A stretch of DNA of 64,000 nt from an uncultured delta proteobacterium. GTDB lineage: Bacteria > Desulfobacterota > Desulfobacteria > Desulfobacterales > JAFDCJ01. The position numbers and the translations under genes were made by a program. Below the pieces are notes generated by a model that was given only the letters and a program-made list of their open reading frames with translations, had not been told where the DNA came from and made no database searches. Positions within the stretch are counted from its first letter, which is position 1, and every line of letters starts with the position of its first letter. Where the stretch lies: contig CAVYNY010000039.1 of assembly GCA_963769935.1 (NCBI GenBank), forward strand, positions 1 through 64,000, given 5' to 3'. Below, in pieces: positions 30,796 to 40,926 of this stretch.

Positions 30796-31473
30796 ATGAG
30801 GATTCTTCTGGTCGAAGATGATAAGCAGACCGCCTTGTTTGTGTCGAAAGGACTGAAACAGGAAGGCTTTGCCGTGGACAGCAGCTCAGACGGGGAAAAC
30901 GGACTCCATCTTGTTCTGACGGAATCCTATGACGCCGCGGTGATTGACATCATGCTGCCTAAATTAGACGGACTGGCGCTGATTGATGAAATGCGTCGAA
31001 ACGGTATCCAGACCCCGGTTATCGTCCTGAGTGCAAAGAGCTCAGTAGATGACCGAATCAAGGGGCTGCAGGCCGGCGGTGACGACTACCTTGTAAAGCC
31101 GTTTGCTTTTTCAGAATTGGTGGCGCGCATTCATGCCCTGCTAAGGAGGGCTTCCCGCGCGGATGCACCGTCTGCGCTATCCGTTGGTAATCTTACAATG
31201 GACTTGCTAAGGCGGAAAGTTTTCAGAAAGGGTGTTCAGATTGACTTACAGCCGAAGGAGTTCGCGTTGTTGGAGTATCTCATGCGCAATACCGGTCGGG
31301 TTGTTTCAAAGACCATGATCATGGAGCACGTGTGGGACTACAACTTCGACCCGCGGACCACCGTGGTTGAAGCGCGCGTATGCCGCCTGCGAGATAAGGT
31401 CGACCGTCCCTTCGGAAACGATCTTATCCATACGATACGGGGTGTCGGATATGTTCTCGAAGAGAGATATTAG
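30796..31473 (+). CDS. OmpR-family response regulator (CusR/CzcR-like)
   Basis: MRILLVEDD, DIMLP, DDYLVKPFAF and IHTIRGVGY motifs. Confidence 0.95.
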   Translation: MRILLVEDDKQTALFVSKGLKQEGFAVDSSSDGENGLHLVLTESYDAAVIDIMLPKLDGLALIDEMRRNGIQTPVIVLSAKSSVDDRIKGLQAGGDDYLVKPFAFSELVARIHALLRRASRADAPSALSVGNLTMDLLRRKVFRKGVQIDLQPKEFALLEYLMRNTGRVVSKTMIMEHVWDYNFDPRTTVVEARVCRLRDKVDRPFGNDLIHTIRGVGYVLEERY

Positions 31474-32872
31474 CTTCTTGCGAACGACAACCTTCCGGCT
31501 GACCCTTTGGTACCTGGGGGTGTTCAGCGCCTTATCGGTGGCGGTGTTTCTGATCGTTTATATTTCTCTTGCATTGCGTCTCCAGGATCAGACGGACCAT
31601 GAGATATTGGACAAGTCTAAGGAGTTTGAAGCCCTTTACCGGGAACACGGCATCAAGGCGCTTCAAGCCGAGTTCACACGCGAGGCGGAGTCGCAGGGAA
31701 CAAAGCGTGTGCTCTTTCAACTGCTTTCGCCGCAGGGAGAATCCCTGGCGTCATCCGATTTAAGCCAGTGGAGGGAAGTCGATATATCCCGCCTGAGCGG
31801 ACCTGCCGCTCGACGGGACCCGCCGTCTTATCACACGCTTTTCCTACCCGGGCATCGGCACAAATTCAGATTGATCTCTATGCCGACCAACGACGGCAAC
31901 TTGATCGAGATCGGCAGCTCGCTCCAGCGCGAGGAAATCATTTTGGAGAGATACCGGGAAACCTTCGGTGTCGCCCTTATTGTCATGCTGCTTTGCGGCG
32001 GTCTTTTCGGATTTCTCCTGGCCAGGAAGGCCATGTCAGGGGTCCAAAGGGTGACGGACACAGCAACCCGCATCGGAAGGCATGGTCTTGGTCGAAGAGT
32101 GCCGCTGGCGAATGAAGGGGAAGAGATAAACGCTCTGGCGCAGGCGTTCAATGCCATGCTGGAACGGATTGAACTTCTCTTGCGTGAGTTCCGGCAGATC
32201 ACCGATAATGTCGCTCATGAGCTGCGCACCCCCATCACGCGCATCCGCGGCACCGCCGAAACGACCCTGAAGGGCAGTAAGGATATTGACGAATACCGCG
32301 AAATGGCGGCTTCGATCATTGATGCATGCGACGATCTCATAGAGATGATTGGCACGATGCTGGAGATCGCCGAAACGGATTCAGGTGTCGCCGTGCTCGA
32401 CTTCGCTCCTTTGGATATTCGCGAAATCGTCGCAGAAGCGGTCGATCTGTTCGCTCCCCTGGCCGAGGATAAAGGCCTCCACATCCACCTGGTCAAATCT
32501 TTTCGACCCGCATTGGTCGATGGCGACCGACCAAGACTCCAGCGCGTCGTGGCGAACCTGTTGGATAATGCCATCAAGTACACGCCCTCCGGTGGTACGA
32601 TACGCCTGTCCGTCAAGACGGATGCGGACAACGCGAAAGTAGAAATTTCCGATACCGGTGTAGGCGTCAACGAAAAGGACATTCCCCATATCTTTGAGCG
32701 CTTCTACCGCGGCGACAAAAGTCGCGCAACAACCGGGAATGGACTCGGACTGAGTCTGGCTCTGGCCGTCATCCGTGCTCATGGCGGCGATATCACGGTA
32801 AAAAGTACCGCGCATGGAAGCATATTCACCTTCTGCCTGCCAACCGCGCAATCCCCACGATACCAGTCTTAA
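31451..32872 (+). CDS. HAMP sensor histidine kinase
   Basis: Two TM segments, HAMP, AHELRTP, NLLDNAIKY and GNGLGL. Confidence 0.95.
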   Translation: MFSKRDISFLRTTTFRLTLWYLGVFSALSVAVFLIVYISLALRLQDQTDHEILDKSKEFEALYREHGIKALQAEFTREAESQGTKRVLFQLLSPQGESLASSDLSQWREVDISRLSGPAARRDPPSYHTLFLPGHRHKFRLISMPTNDGNLIEIGSSLQREEIILERYRETFGVALIVMLLCGGLFGFLLARKAMSGVQRVTDTATRIGRHGLGRRVPLANEGEEINALAQAFNAMLERIELLLREFRQITDNVAHELRTPITRIRGTAETTLKGSKDIDEYREMAASIIDACDDLIEMIGTMLEIAETDSGVAVLDFAPLDIREIVAEAVDLFAPLAEDKGLHIHLVKSFRPALVDGDRPRLQRVVANLLDNAIKYTPSGGTIRLSVKTDADNAKVEISDTGVGVNEKDIPHIFERFYRGDKSRATTGNGLGLSLALAVIRAHGGDITVKSTAHGSIFTFCLPTAQSPRYQS

Positions 32873-32874
32873 TG

Positions 32875-32890
32875 TTTACCAAAAGGTAAA
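32875..32890. promoter_or_regulatory. Palindromic candidate response-regulator box upstream of the uppP-RND operon
   Basis: TTTACC-AAAA-GGTAAA perfect dyad in the intergenic gap. Confidence 0.4.
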
Positions 32891-32974
32891 GTTGAGGCAA
32901 TGTTCCGGTAAACTCCGCAGATTACATTGTGCTCGCAATTCACGAAAGATAATTCTATTGCGAAGGGAGAAAGC

Positions 32975-33973
32975 ATGTCGATGAGCAAACATGCGCAGTT
33001 GCATCTTACCGCGGCTTGCATACTGCTGTTTGGCGCTTCCATTGCCGGCGCTGCCGTCCAGGGGGGGCCTGCGGGGACGCCGGCAGTTCATAAACCGCGG
33101 GCCATGACCAGCGTGCAGGCGGTCGTTCTGGGCGTTGTTGAAGGGGTTACGGAATATTTACCGGTCAGCTCCACCGGCCATCTGCTGCTGGCGGAGCACA
33201 TTATGGGCATCGGCGAGGATCCGTCCCAATCCCCGGACCAACAGGAGCGCACCAAGGAAGCCGCTGACGCCTATACTATCTGTATTCAGGCCGGCGCTAT
33301 CCTGGCTGTGCTTTGGCTCTATTTCGGGCGCTTCAGACAGATTTTCCGGGGGTTGGTCGGTAAGGACTCGGACGGGCGGCGCCTGCTGGTCAATGTGGCT
33401 GCAGGGTTCTTACCCGCAGCCGTGCTGGGACTGCTGTTCAATAAAGTGATCCAATTTTATCTTTTTGGTCCCTGGCCGGTTGTGATTGCCTGGTTGGCAG
33501 GCGGCCTGGCCATCCTGGCAGTGAGCCGGCGCAATCAAACCCGGCGCCAGGGAGCACGGCCGGGCAGGCTGCTGGATTCTATGACCTGGCGGATGGCGTT
33601 GATCATCGGCTTGGCGCAATGCATCGCCATGTGGCCGGGCGTCAGCCGCAGCCTGGTTACCATTGTGGGCGGGTTGATAGTGGGGTTGTCCCTGTCGGCA
33701 GCCGTGGAATACAGCTTTTTGCTCGGGGTGGTGACGCTTGGCGCGGCAACGGCATACGATGCGTTGAAACAGGGGCGCTTGATGCTGGAGATATTCGATC
33801 CCTACTCGCTGGCCATCGGCGTGGCGGTCGCCTTTGTCGCTGCGATCATTTCCGTGAAATGGATGGTGAACTACCTGACCCGGCACGGTTTGGAGATCTT
33901 CGGCTATTATCGGGTGATTTTGGCGGTGGCGACAGGCGGATTTTTGCTGGCGGCAAAGGTGATATGGATATGA
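32975..33973 (+). CDS. uppP: Undecaprenyl-diphosphate phosphatase with N-terminal extension
   Basis: GVVEGVTEYLPVSSTGH and PGVSRS motifs. Confidence 0.92.
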   Translation: MSMSKHAQLHLTAACILLFGASIAGAAVQGGPAGTPAVHKPRAMTSVQAVVLGVVEGVTEYLPVSSTGHLLLAEHIMGIGEDPSQSPDQQERTKEAADAYTICIQAGAILAVLWLYFGRFRQIFRGLVGKDSDGRRLLVNVAAGFLPAAVLGLLFNKVIQFYLFGPWPVVIAWLAGGLAILAVSRRNQTRRQGARPGRLLDSMTWRMALIIGLAQCIAMWPGVSRSLVTIVGGLIVGLSLSAAVEYSFLLGVVTLGAATAYDALKQGRLMLEIFDPYSLAIGVAVAFVAAIISVKWMVNYLTRHGLEIFGYYRVILAVATGGFLLAAKVIWI

Positions 33974-33989
33974 GAGAAGAGAATAACCC

Positions 33990-35090
33990 ATGAAGCGCAG
34001 GCACCATATCGCCATAATTCTGGCTGTTTCCCTTACCGGCCTGGCCCTTACCTATTGGTATATGCAATCTCGAGGATCGAGCAGAGCAAGCCTTACCACC
34101 TTAGATACCTCGTCTGCCGCCCCACCATTGATTACCACCGCCCGACCGGCCAAGCGTGCATTCACGCTCCGCGTTCCTTGGATCGGAACGGTAGAATCCC
34201 AAAATTCAGTTGAATTGACCGTTCTCGTACCCGGGCGCATCGAGGTCATCGAAGCCGAGGATCAAGCTCAGATTGAGAAGGGCCGGCTTGTGATGCGGCT
34301 GGGAGGCCCGCAGATCGAAGGGGTCCACGCCAAGCTCACAGCAGAGATCGAATCTTTGCGATCACAAATTGGGCTTGCCCGGCAGACAGTTGAACGCCTC
34401 AAACAGAATTTATTGGCGCAGTTGGCCACCAAAGATCAGCTGGCGGCGGCCCAGGATGCGCAGGTCAAGCTTGAGGCTCAACTGCGCGAAGCCCGGCTGA
34501 GTCTGAAGACTTTTGAGAGTCAGGTTCTTATCTCCGCGCCAATGGATGGAATCTTCACGAACCGGCGCGTCAGCGCGGGACAGGAGGTCAAGGCCGGACA
34601 AGTCGTTGGCGAAATCATCGACACCGGCCGGCTGCGAATCGCGGCCTCCATCTTCCCGCCGCAGGGAATCCAACTTCAAGGCAAGGAGGCGACCATTCGC
34701 TTGGGCGAAAACTCGACGCTGTCCGGTATTGTTCGACGAGTTCTGCCACAGGCCTCGAGCACAGGTGCAGTCACAGTATGGATTGAAGGCTCCCAAATTG
34801 ACACACAACTGCGCCCCGGCCAGCTGGTGGGGGGGACAATGGTCGTCAAAGTCGGACCTGATACCCTGGCGGTGCCGGAATCAGCCATCGTTTATGACTC
34901 ACAGGAACATCCGTATCTGTTTGTCCGCCAAGACAGCTCCTATGAGCCTCTCAGTATCCAGGTGGGTCTGGAGCAGGACGGTTGGGTTGAGGTCCTTTCA
35001 GGGCTGAAACAGGACCAAATCGTCGTCACCCAAGGTGCCTACGAACTATTCTACCGGCAGTTCAATGAGCAGTTCAAGGTTCAGGATTAA
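33990..35090 (+). CDS. RND efflux periplasmic adaptor subunit
   Basis: N-terminal anchor, coiled hairpin, ISAPMDG, LAVPESAIV and VEVLSGLK. Confidence 0.9.
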   Translation: MKRRHHIAIILAVSLTGLALTYWYMQSRGSSRASLTTLDTSSAAPPLITTARPAKRAFTLRVPWIGTVESQNSVELTVLVPGRIEVIEAEDQAQIEKGRLVMRLGGPQIEGVHAKLTAEIESLRSQIGLARQTVERLKQNLLAQLATKDQLAAAQDAQVKLEAQLREARLSLKTFESQVLISAPMDGIFTNRRVSAGQEVKAGQVVGEIIDTGRLRIAASIFPPQGIQLQGKEATIRLGENSTLSGIVRRVLPQASSTGAVTVWIEGSQIDTQLRPGQLVGGTMVVKVGPDTLAVPESAIVYDSQEHPYLFVRQDSSYEPLSIQVGLEQDGWVEVLSGLKQDQIVVTQGAYELFYRQFNEQFKVQD

Positions 35091-35093
35091 GCC

Positions 35094-38000
35094 ATGCGAA
35101 AGCTCCTCCAACTGACCATCGCCAACCCAATCGCGGTCATTCTCCTGGTAATGATCGCCGCGTGGGGAGGAGCCTTTGCCCTGCTTCATTTGCCGGTGGG
35201 TCTGTTTCCCGGGCTGGACGTGCCGGTGGTAAACGTGATCTCCCACTATCCCGGCGCGGCCGCCGAGGACATGGAGCTGCTCATCACGCGACCTATCGAG
35301 GATCGCATTCGGACAATTTCCGGCGTCCGGCGTGTGGCCTCCACGTCTATCGAGGGGGTCTCGCAGGTTACAGCCGAGTTTGAATGGGGAACCCGATTGA
35401 CGGACGCCCGGCAGCTTGTCCAGGCGGAGCTGTCGTCGGTGCAAAGCGACCTGCCGTCCGGGGTCAAGCCGCGTTTAGAGAACATCGGAACCACCCTGCA
35501 AGAGGTTGCCGGTTACGTGGTGTACGGGGCAGGCAGCCCGGTCGATCTTCGCACAACGGTGCAGATGGACCTGGCCAGCCGGTTGATGAGCGTGGCAGGC
35601 GTCTCTCGCGTGGAGGTCCTGGGGGGCGACGAGCCGGCGTTTATTGTCCAACTCCGGCCCGGAGCCTTGTCGCAGGAGCACTTGACCATAAGTGATGTGA
35701 CAGCTGCATTGGCCGCCTATAACCAGGTGACGGCCGCGGATTTCATAGACCGGGGGGCGTTTGAGTATCTCATTCGCGGCGACAGCCGGCTCCAGACAAT
35801 TGAAGATGTCCTAGCCGTCCCGGTGGTTAAGGCGGGGGCCAAGTCGGTCTTGCTTAGGGATATCTCCGAGGTCCGATCCGGGCGAGTGCCGCGGCACTAC
35901 CAGGTCCATGGCAATGGTTTGACCGCCGTGGCTCTCGTCGTGAGCAAGCAGCCGAACGCCAGTACGATTGATGTTGTCCGCGGAATTGATCAGGAATTGA
36001 CGGAGTTCAAGACACACCTGCCGCCGGGCGTCCACGTCCGAAAGTTCTATGATCAGTCCGACATCGTCACCGAAGCCCGTGATTCTCTCCTTCAGGACCT
36101 GATCGTCGGAGCAATTCTTGCGGCGGTGGTGCTCTTTTTCTTTATGGGTACATTTCGGGCGACTTTGATCGTCACTGCGACCATCCCGATCACGCTCCTG
36201 GCAACCTTGGCAATGATGCAGGCCTTCGGCCAGACGCTCAACGTGATCACTTTATCGGCGTTGACATTGGCGGTCGGCATGGTGGTCGATGATGCGATCG
36301 TGGTCGCCGAAAACGTGGTGCGGCATCTCCAGCAGGGAGCAGACCGGCAGGCCGCCAGTCTGGCCGGGGCGGCGGAAATTGCGGGGCCGGATGCCTCCGG
36401 AACATTCACCACGGTGGCGGCATTTGCGCCGCTGCTGTTCCTGGGTGGTATAGCGGGGCTTTTTGTGCGGCCCTTCGGATTGGTGGTCAGCGTGGCGTTG
36501 CTGGCTTCGCTCATCGTCTCCTTGACCTTCGTGCCGATGATGTTCGGCCGCATCGGCTTGACCGGGCTGCGGCAGGCAATCGGTTCGCGGTTATTGAACT
36601 GCCTCGACAATGCGCTGCAGAAGACGCTTCGTTTTACCTTTGCGCATCGGGCTTTGACGATCTTGTTGAGTGTGCTGATGCTGGGGCTGGGCGGCCTTGC
36701 CGCGTGGCTGGGGCCGTCAAATGTTTTGCCGCCGATCGACGAAGGGGCAATTTTGATCGAATATATCATGCCGCCGGGTACATCTCTAAAGGAAAGCGAC
36801 CGAGTCGGGAACATTCTTGAACGGCAGGCAATGTCTCAAAGGGATGTTGAAACCGTATATCGGCGCACCGGATCTCCGGAACGAGGCTTCCAGATTGAAG
36901 GCGTCAACCGTGGTGAACTCACCATCAAGCTCAAACCGCGTTCACTTCGCACGCGCACCGCAAGTCAGATTATCGAGGGCCTGCGGGCCGAATACGGCAA
37001 GATACCGGGGGTGGCATTCCTGTACCATCAACCGACGCAGGAGAAGATGGACGAAAGTCTCTCGGGTCTGCCGGCGATGTTCGGTGTGACGATCTTCGGC
37101 AGCGACATGAAGGAGTTGGTGTCACTGGCCGCGCAGGTCGAGAAAATAATGGCCGCGGACCCCTCACTGGCCAACATCGTCAACAACACGAAAATCAAGA
37201 GCCCGCAGATAATTGTCCGGCCCAACCCGGTTGAACTGGCCCGCTGCGGCATTTCCCCCGGCAATGTCTTCGAAACAATTCAGGCGGGTCGGTTCGGCGT
37301 TCTAGCGACATCCATTATCCATCAGCGACAACAGGTGCAGGTCTTGGTCGAGAACAACTCTCCTTCCGATGCAACGCTTGATTGGCTGCAGGGGCTTGCG
37401 ATTGCAACACCCTCAGGCCAAACCGTTCCCTTGGGGCGAGTGGCTGATATCCGCACGACGCATCTGCCCGCAGCGGTTACCCGTCTCAACGGACAACGCG
37501 AAATCACCATTCTGGCTGAGGTCAACGGCAGCATCCCGGCCGCCGTGGGCCGGCTTCGTCAGAAGTTCTCGGCCATCTCTCTGCCAGGAGGCTACAGCAT
37601 CGCCTTCACCGGCCAGTATCAAGTGATGCAGCGAACCGTGCTGGACTTTGCTCTGGTTGGACTGGCGGCCGTCATGTTGATCTATCTGATCATGGCCATG
37701 CAGTTCCACTCCTTTCTCCAACCACTTATCATTCTGGTCACCATCCCCGTGGCTTTGGTTGGAGCGATCGTGCTCCTTGCAATCACCCAGGTAGGGCTGG
37801 ATGTCTCGGTGGGCATGGGAGTTCTCACGCTCATCGGCATAGCCGTCAATAACGCGATCGTTTTGCTTGACTATACCAACCAGCAGGCCGGCGCCGGTCA
37901 GACGATATCCGATTCACTGCTGTCAGCCGCTTCCGTCCGCCTGCGGCCGATCCTGATGACGGCCGCCACCACAATTTTCGCCTTAATTCCGATTGCAGTG

Positions 38001-38132
38001 AACCCTGCGGTCGGTTCGCGGATATTCCAGCCATTCGCAATAACCCTAATTGGCGGACTCCTCTCATCAACCGCCGCCACTTTGGTGCTGGTTCCAGTGC
38101 TTAGGACCTTCATTTCCTGCCGCCGGCAATAG
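35094..38132 (+). CDS. RND efflux permease (AcrB/CzcA superfamily)
   Basis: 1012 aa; GMVVDDAIVVAEN, GIAVNNAIVL and RLRPILMT motifs. Confidence 0.95.
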   Translation: MRKLLQLTIANPIAVILLVMIAAWGGAFALLHLPVGLFPGLDVPVVNVISHYPGAAAEDMELLITRPIEDRIRTISGVRRVASTSIEGVSQVTAEFEWGTRLTDARQLVQAELSSVQSDLPSGVKPRLENIGTTLQEVAGYVVYGAGSPVDLRTTVQMDLASRLMSVAGVSRVEVLGGDEPAFIVQLRPGALSQEHLTISDVTAALAAYNQVTAADFIDRGAFEYLIRGDSRLQTIEDVLAVPVVKAGAKSVLLRDISEVRSGRVPRHYQVHGNGLTAVALVVSKQPNASTIDVVRGIDQELTEFKTHLPPGVHVRKFYDQSDIVTEARDSLLQDLIVGAILAAVVLFFFMGTFRATLIVTATIPITLLATLAMMQAFGQTLNVITLSALTLAVGMVVDDAIVVAENVVRHLQQGADRQAASLAGAAEIAGPDASGTFTTVAAFAPLLFLGGIAGLFVRPFGLVVSVALLASLIVSLTFVPMMFGRIGLTGLRQAIGSRLLNCLDNALQKTLRFTFAHRALTILLSVLMLGLGGLAAWLGPSNVLPPIDEGAILIEYIMPPGTSLKESDRVGNILERQAMSQRDVETVYRRTGSPERGFQIEGVNRGELTIKLKPRSLRTRTASQIIEGLRAEYGKIPGVAFLYHQPTQEKMDESLSGLPAMFGVTIFGSDMKELVSLAAQVEKIMAADPSLANIVNNTKIKSPQIIVRPNPVELARCGISPGNVFETIQAGRFGVLATSIIHQRQQVQVLVENNSPSDATLDWLQGLAIATPSGQTVPLGRVADIRTTHLPAAVTRLNGQREITILAEVNGSIPAAVGRLRQKFSAISLPGGYSIAFTGQYQVMQRTVLDFALVGLAAVMLIYLIMAMQFHSFLQPLIILVTIPVALVGAIVLLAITQVGLDVSVGMGVLTLIGIAVNNAIVLLDYTNQQAGAGQTISDSLLSAASVRLRPILMTAATTIFALIPIAVNPAVGSRIFQPFAITLIGGLLSSTAATLVLVPVLRTFISCRRQ

Positions 38133-38437
38133 GCAGAAGGCTTAAATGCGCAATTTCGACCTTGACATTGACGATTTAGAGCTGAAAACAAAGCCTTTTC
38201 GTCTTTTTTATGAATTTCCAGATAGTTGGCGATTCCCGCCCCTCGTTTGCTTCCCTTAATGGATCCGGCCTGCATCCCTCCATGATAGGCGTGACTCCTA
38301 ATCCGGTCGAGAGGGGTTGCAAGTTCAATGGTAAAAATCGCCGAAAAGGTTCAGACCATGGCAGGGGTAACCGCCGAACAGTTTTCATGGCCTTCCGGAC
38401 GGCGTGCTCCCTGCCCCCCTTTTGATGCGCAGGATTT

Positions 38438-38725
38438 CTATTCGGCCACATTGTATATCCGAACTTCGGGTTCGGCTGCCAGAAGCGGCTTTAAGTCTGC
38501 GACCACATCCTTATTGAAAAGGCTGCTTTTCAGGTATGTCTGAGCGTTCTCCATGTTATCGAAGCCGTGGAGCACCTGCACATCGTCACCCCTGACGAGC
38601 AAAGCCTTTGACTGGGCGCCTTTGATCTCTTTAAGAAAAGGCTGCCGATACTTGCTGTAAACTTGCGCAGCTGCCGGGCGGTTTTTTTCCTGAATCTTTA
38701 GTGTAATTTCCAGATAGGCACTCAT
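38438..38725 (-). CDS. Conserved hypothetical protein (possible ferredoxin-like fold)
   Basis: 95-aa ORF with a clear AAAGGAG RBS. Confidence 0.7.
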   Translation of the reverse strand: MSAYLEITLKIQEKNRPAAAQVYSKYRQPFLKEIKGAQSKALLVRGDDVQVLHGFDNMENAQTYLKSSLFNKDVVADLKPLLAAEPEVRIYNVAE

Positions 38726-38865
38726 GGGTTACTCCTTTCTATTACGATTTACGCCTTGCCCTTTCCCCGGCAAGATACGTATTCGGCAAGGCCGGATCAA
38801 TGCAGTCATGACCCTCTTCTCTGAATTCGGTCACCTGCCGGTGGAAAATTAAAAATTTGACCTTA

Positions 38866-39225
38866 CTATCCACGGTGATCGGAATCTCTATCGCCGTGAT
38901 GTTCAAGACCACCGTAAGGCTCTCCGAATTCGTTATGCTCTCTCAACCCGCGGTCATCTCTGAATTCGCGCTGACTCCGGAATGGGTGGTTCTCGCTGTA
39001 TTCAGGGTTTTCACCGTACTCGTGGTGATCCCCGTATTCGTGGTGATCCCGGAATCGATCCTCCTGGTTGCCGTCATAGTAATAGCCGTAAGGGTAGCTG
39101 TAATGATAATAAGGAGGGTTCCTGTAATAATAATAGCCGGTGCCTGAGTTGTAGCCGGCACAGCCGGACATCAACAGCACAAACGATCCAATTATATAGA
39201 AAAATATATTCTTGCTCATATACAT
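38866..39225 (-). CDS. His/Tyr-rich putative lipoprotein with hexapeptide repeats
   Basis: Lipobox-like MSGC; DHHEYG-DHHEYG-ENPEYS-ENHPFR repeats. Confidence 0.65.
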   Translation of the reverse strand: MYMSKNIFFYIIGSFVLLMSGCAGYNSGTGYYYYRNPPYYHYSYPYGYYYDGNQEDRFRDHHEYGDHHEYGENPEYSENHPFRSQREFRDDRGLREHNEFGEPYGGLEHHGDRDSDHRG

Positions 39226-39671
39226 TTCCCAATTTTTGTAGATTCTGCCATGATAGTTGCATACGTTTTCTGCCCAATAACAATAATCTATAGTAATTTA
39301 TTGGGTCAGGTGGACAAAGTAAATAAATTCAATCCTGTATTTCATGTCCTTAAATTCTGTATAGACCTACACCCCCTTTTGGTCCGGCAGCACTGCCGAC
39401 GCCGAACAGCGCCCCGAGGCGTTGATAGCCGTTGCCGACCAAAAGATCGGTTATCTTATACGCCGAGTCGAACTTAGCTCCCCATCCACCGTCAATTTCA
39501 ACGCCTGGCACACGGCGGTCGAGTCCGGCGACCGGCAGATGCGAACTGGCAATCTCGATAAAATTATTGCTTGTTTTTAAGCGCCGGCAATAGGATAATG
39601 CCCGCAATCCGTTCATCACGCATCAGTTTTCGATACATAGGTTTATGAGCCGGATCTTCAAGGGGTTAAAG

Positions 39672-40925
39672 ATGAATATGAAAGCGGTTTTAGGTTTAGT
39701 TATGGGCGGCGGACAAGGTTCGCGACTATATCCCTTAACCAAGTTGCGGTCCAAACCGGCCGTGCCCTTGGCCGGAAAATATCGCTTGATCGATATTCCG
39801 ATCAGCAACTGCCTGCATGCGAGCATCAATAAGATCGCCATCCTGACCCAGTACAACTCCGTCTCGCTGCACCGCCACATCCAGCGCACCTACGCCCGGG
39901 ACATGTTCACCGACGGCTGGGTGCAGATCCTGGCCGCCGAACAGACGCCCCGCAGCATCGGATGGTACCAGGGCACGGCCGATGCGGTCCGGCAGCAGCT
40001 GATGGAGATCGAAGCCGCGCACACGGAATATGTCCTGATTCTGGCCGGCGATCACCTCTATAACATGGACTATCGTGCCTTTGTCGAATATCATGTTGAA
40101 ACCGGAGCCGACATCACCATGGCCGTCCAGCCGGTGTCGGCCGCTATAGCCCCGGCCATGGGCATTCTCAAGCGCAACGCGGACGGCCGGATCGAAAGTT
40201 TCACTGAAAAGCCCGCCTCCACCGCGTTGGCCGGCCTGGAAAGCCTATCCGATTCAGACAAACCCTATCTGGCGTCCATGGGAATTTATGTTTTTCGCAC
40301 CGACCTGTTGTTCGAAGTGCTCGATTCCGTAGGCGACGATTTCGGTAAAGATATCATCCCCAATGCCCTCGCCGATTACCGCGTAATGGGCTATGTCTAC
40401 GACGGATATTGGGCCGACATCGGAACGATCCGCCGGTTCTACGAGGTGAACCTGGAAATGGCTTTGCCGGACCGGCCGTTCGATTTTTACATTCCCGGGC
40501 GGCCCATATACAGCCGCGCCCGTTTCCTGCCGGCGACGGAAGTTTACAGCGCGCGCATTGAAAACGCTCTGCTGGCCGATGGCTGCCGGGTGGCGGACAG
40601 CGAGATCACCCATGCCGTAATCGGCCTGCGCAGCCTGATCGGGCCAAAGTCCAAAATCCGGTCATCGATTCTCATGGGCGCGGATTATTATGAAACCGAA
40701 GCGGATCGGGCCGCCAACAAACGGCTCAGCCGGCCCGACATCGGCATCGGCGACGGCGCCGTCATTGAATGTGCCATCATCGATAAGAACGCCCGCATTG
40801 GCCGCAATGTGCACATCCGACATCTGCCCGACCGCCCCGATAGCGAAACCGACAACTGGGTGGCCCGTGACGGCTTGGTGGTTGTTCCCAAAAACGCGTC
40901 GCTTGCAGATGAAACGGTGATTTGA
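39672..40925 (+). CDS. glgC: Glucose-1-phosphate adenylyltransferase
   Basis: GGGQGSRLYPLT...RSKPAVP, WYQGTADAV, DFGKDIIP and YWADIGT motifs. Confidence 0.96.
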   Translation: MNMKAVLGLVMGGGQGSRLYPLTKLRSKPAVPLAGKYRLIDIPISNCLHASINKIAILTQYNSVSLHRHIQRTYARDMFTDGWVQILAAEQTPRSIGWYQGTADAVRQQLMEIEAAHTEYVLILAGDHLYNMDYRAFVEYHVETGADITMAVQPVSAAIAPAMGILKRNADGRIESFTEKPASTALAGLESLSDSDKPYLASMGIYVFRTDLLFEVLDSVGDDFGKDIIPNALADYRVMGYVYDGYWADIGTIRRFYEVNLEMALPDRPFDFYIPGRPIYSRARFLPATEVYSARIENALLADGCRVADSEITHAVIGLRSLIGPKSKIRSSILMGADYYETEADRAANKRLSRPDIGIGDGAVIECAIIDKNARIGRNVHIRHLPDRPDSETDNWVARDGLVVVPKNASLADETVI

Positions 40926-40926
40926 T

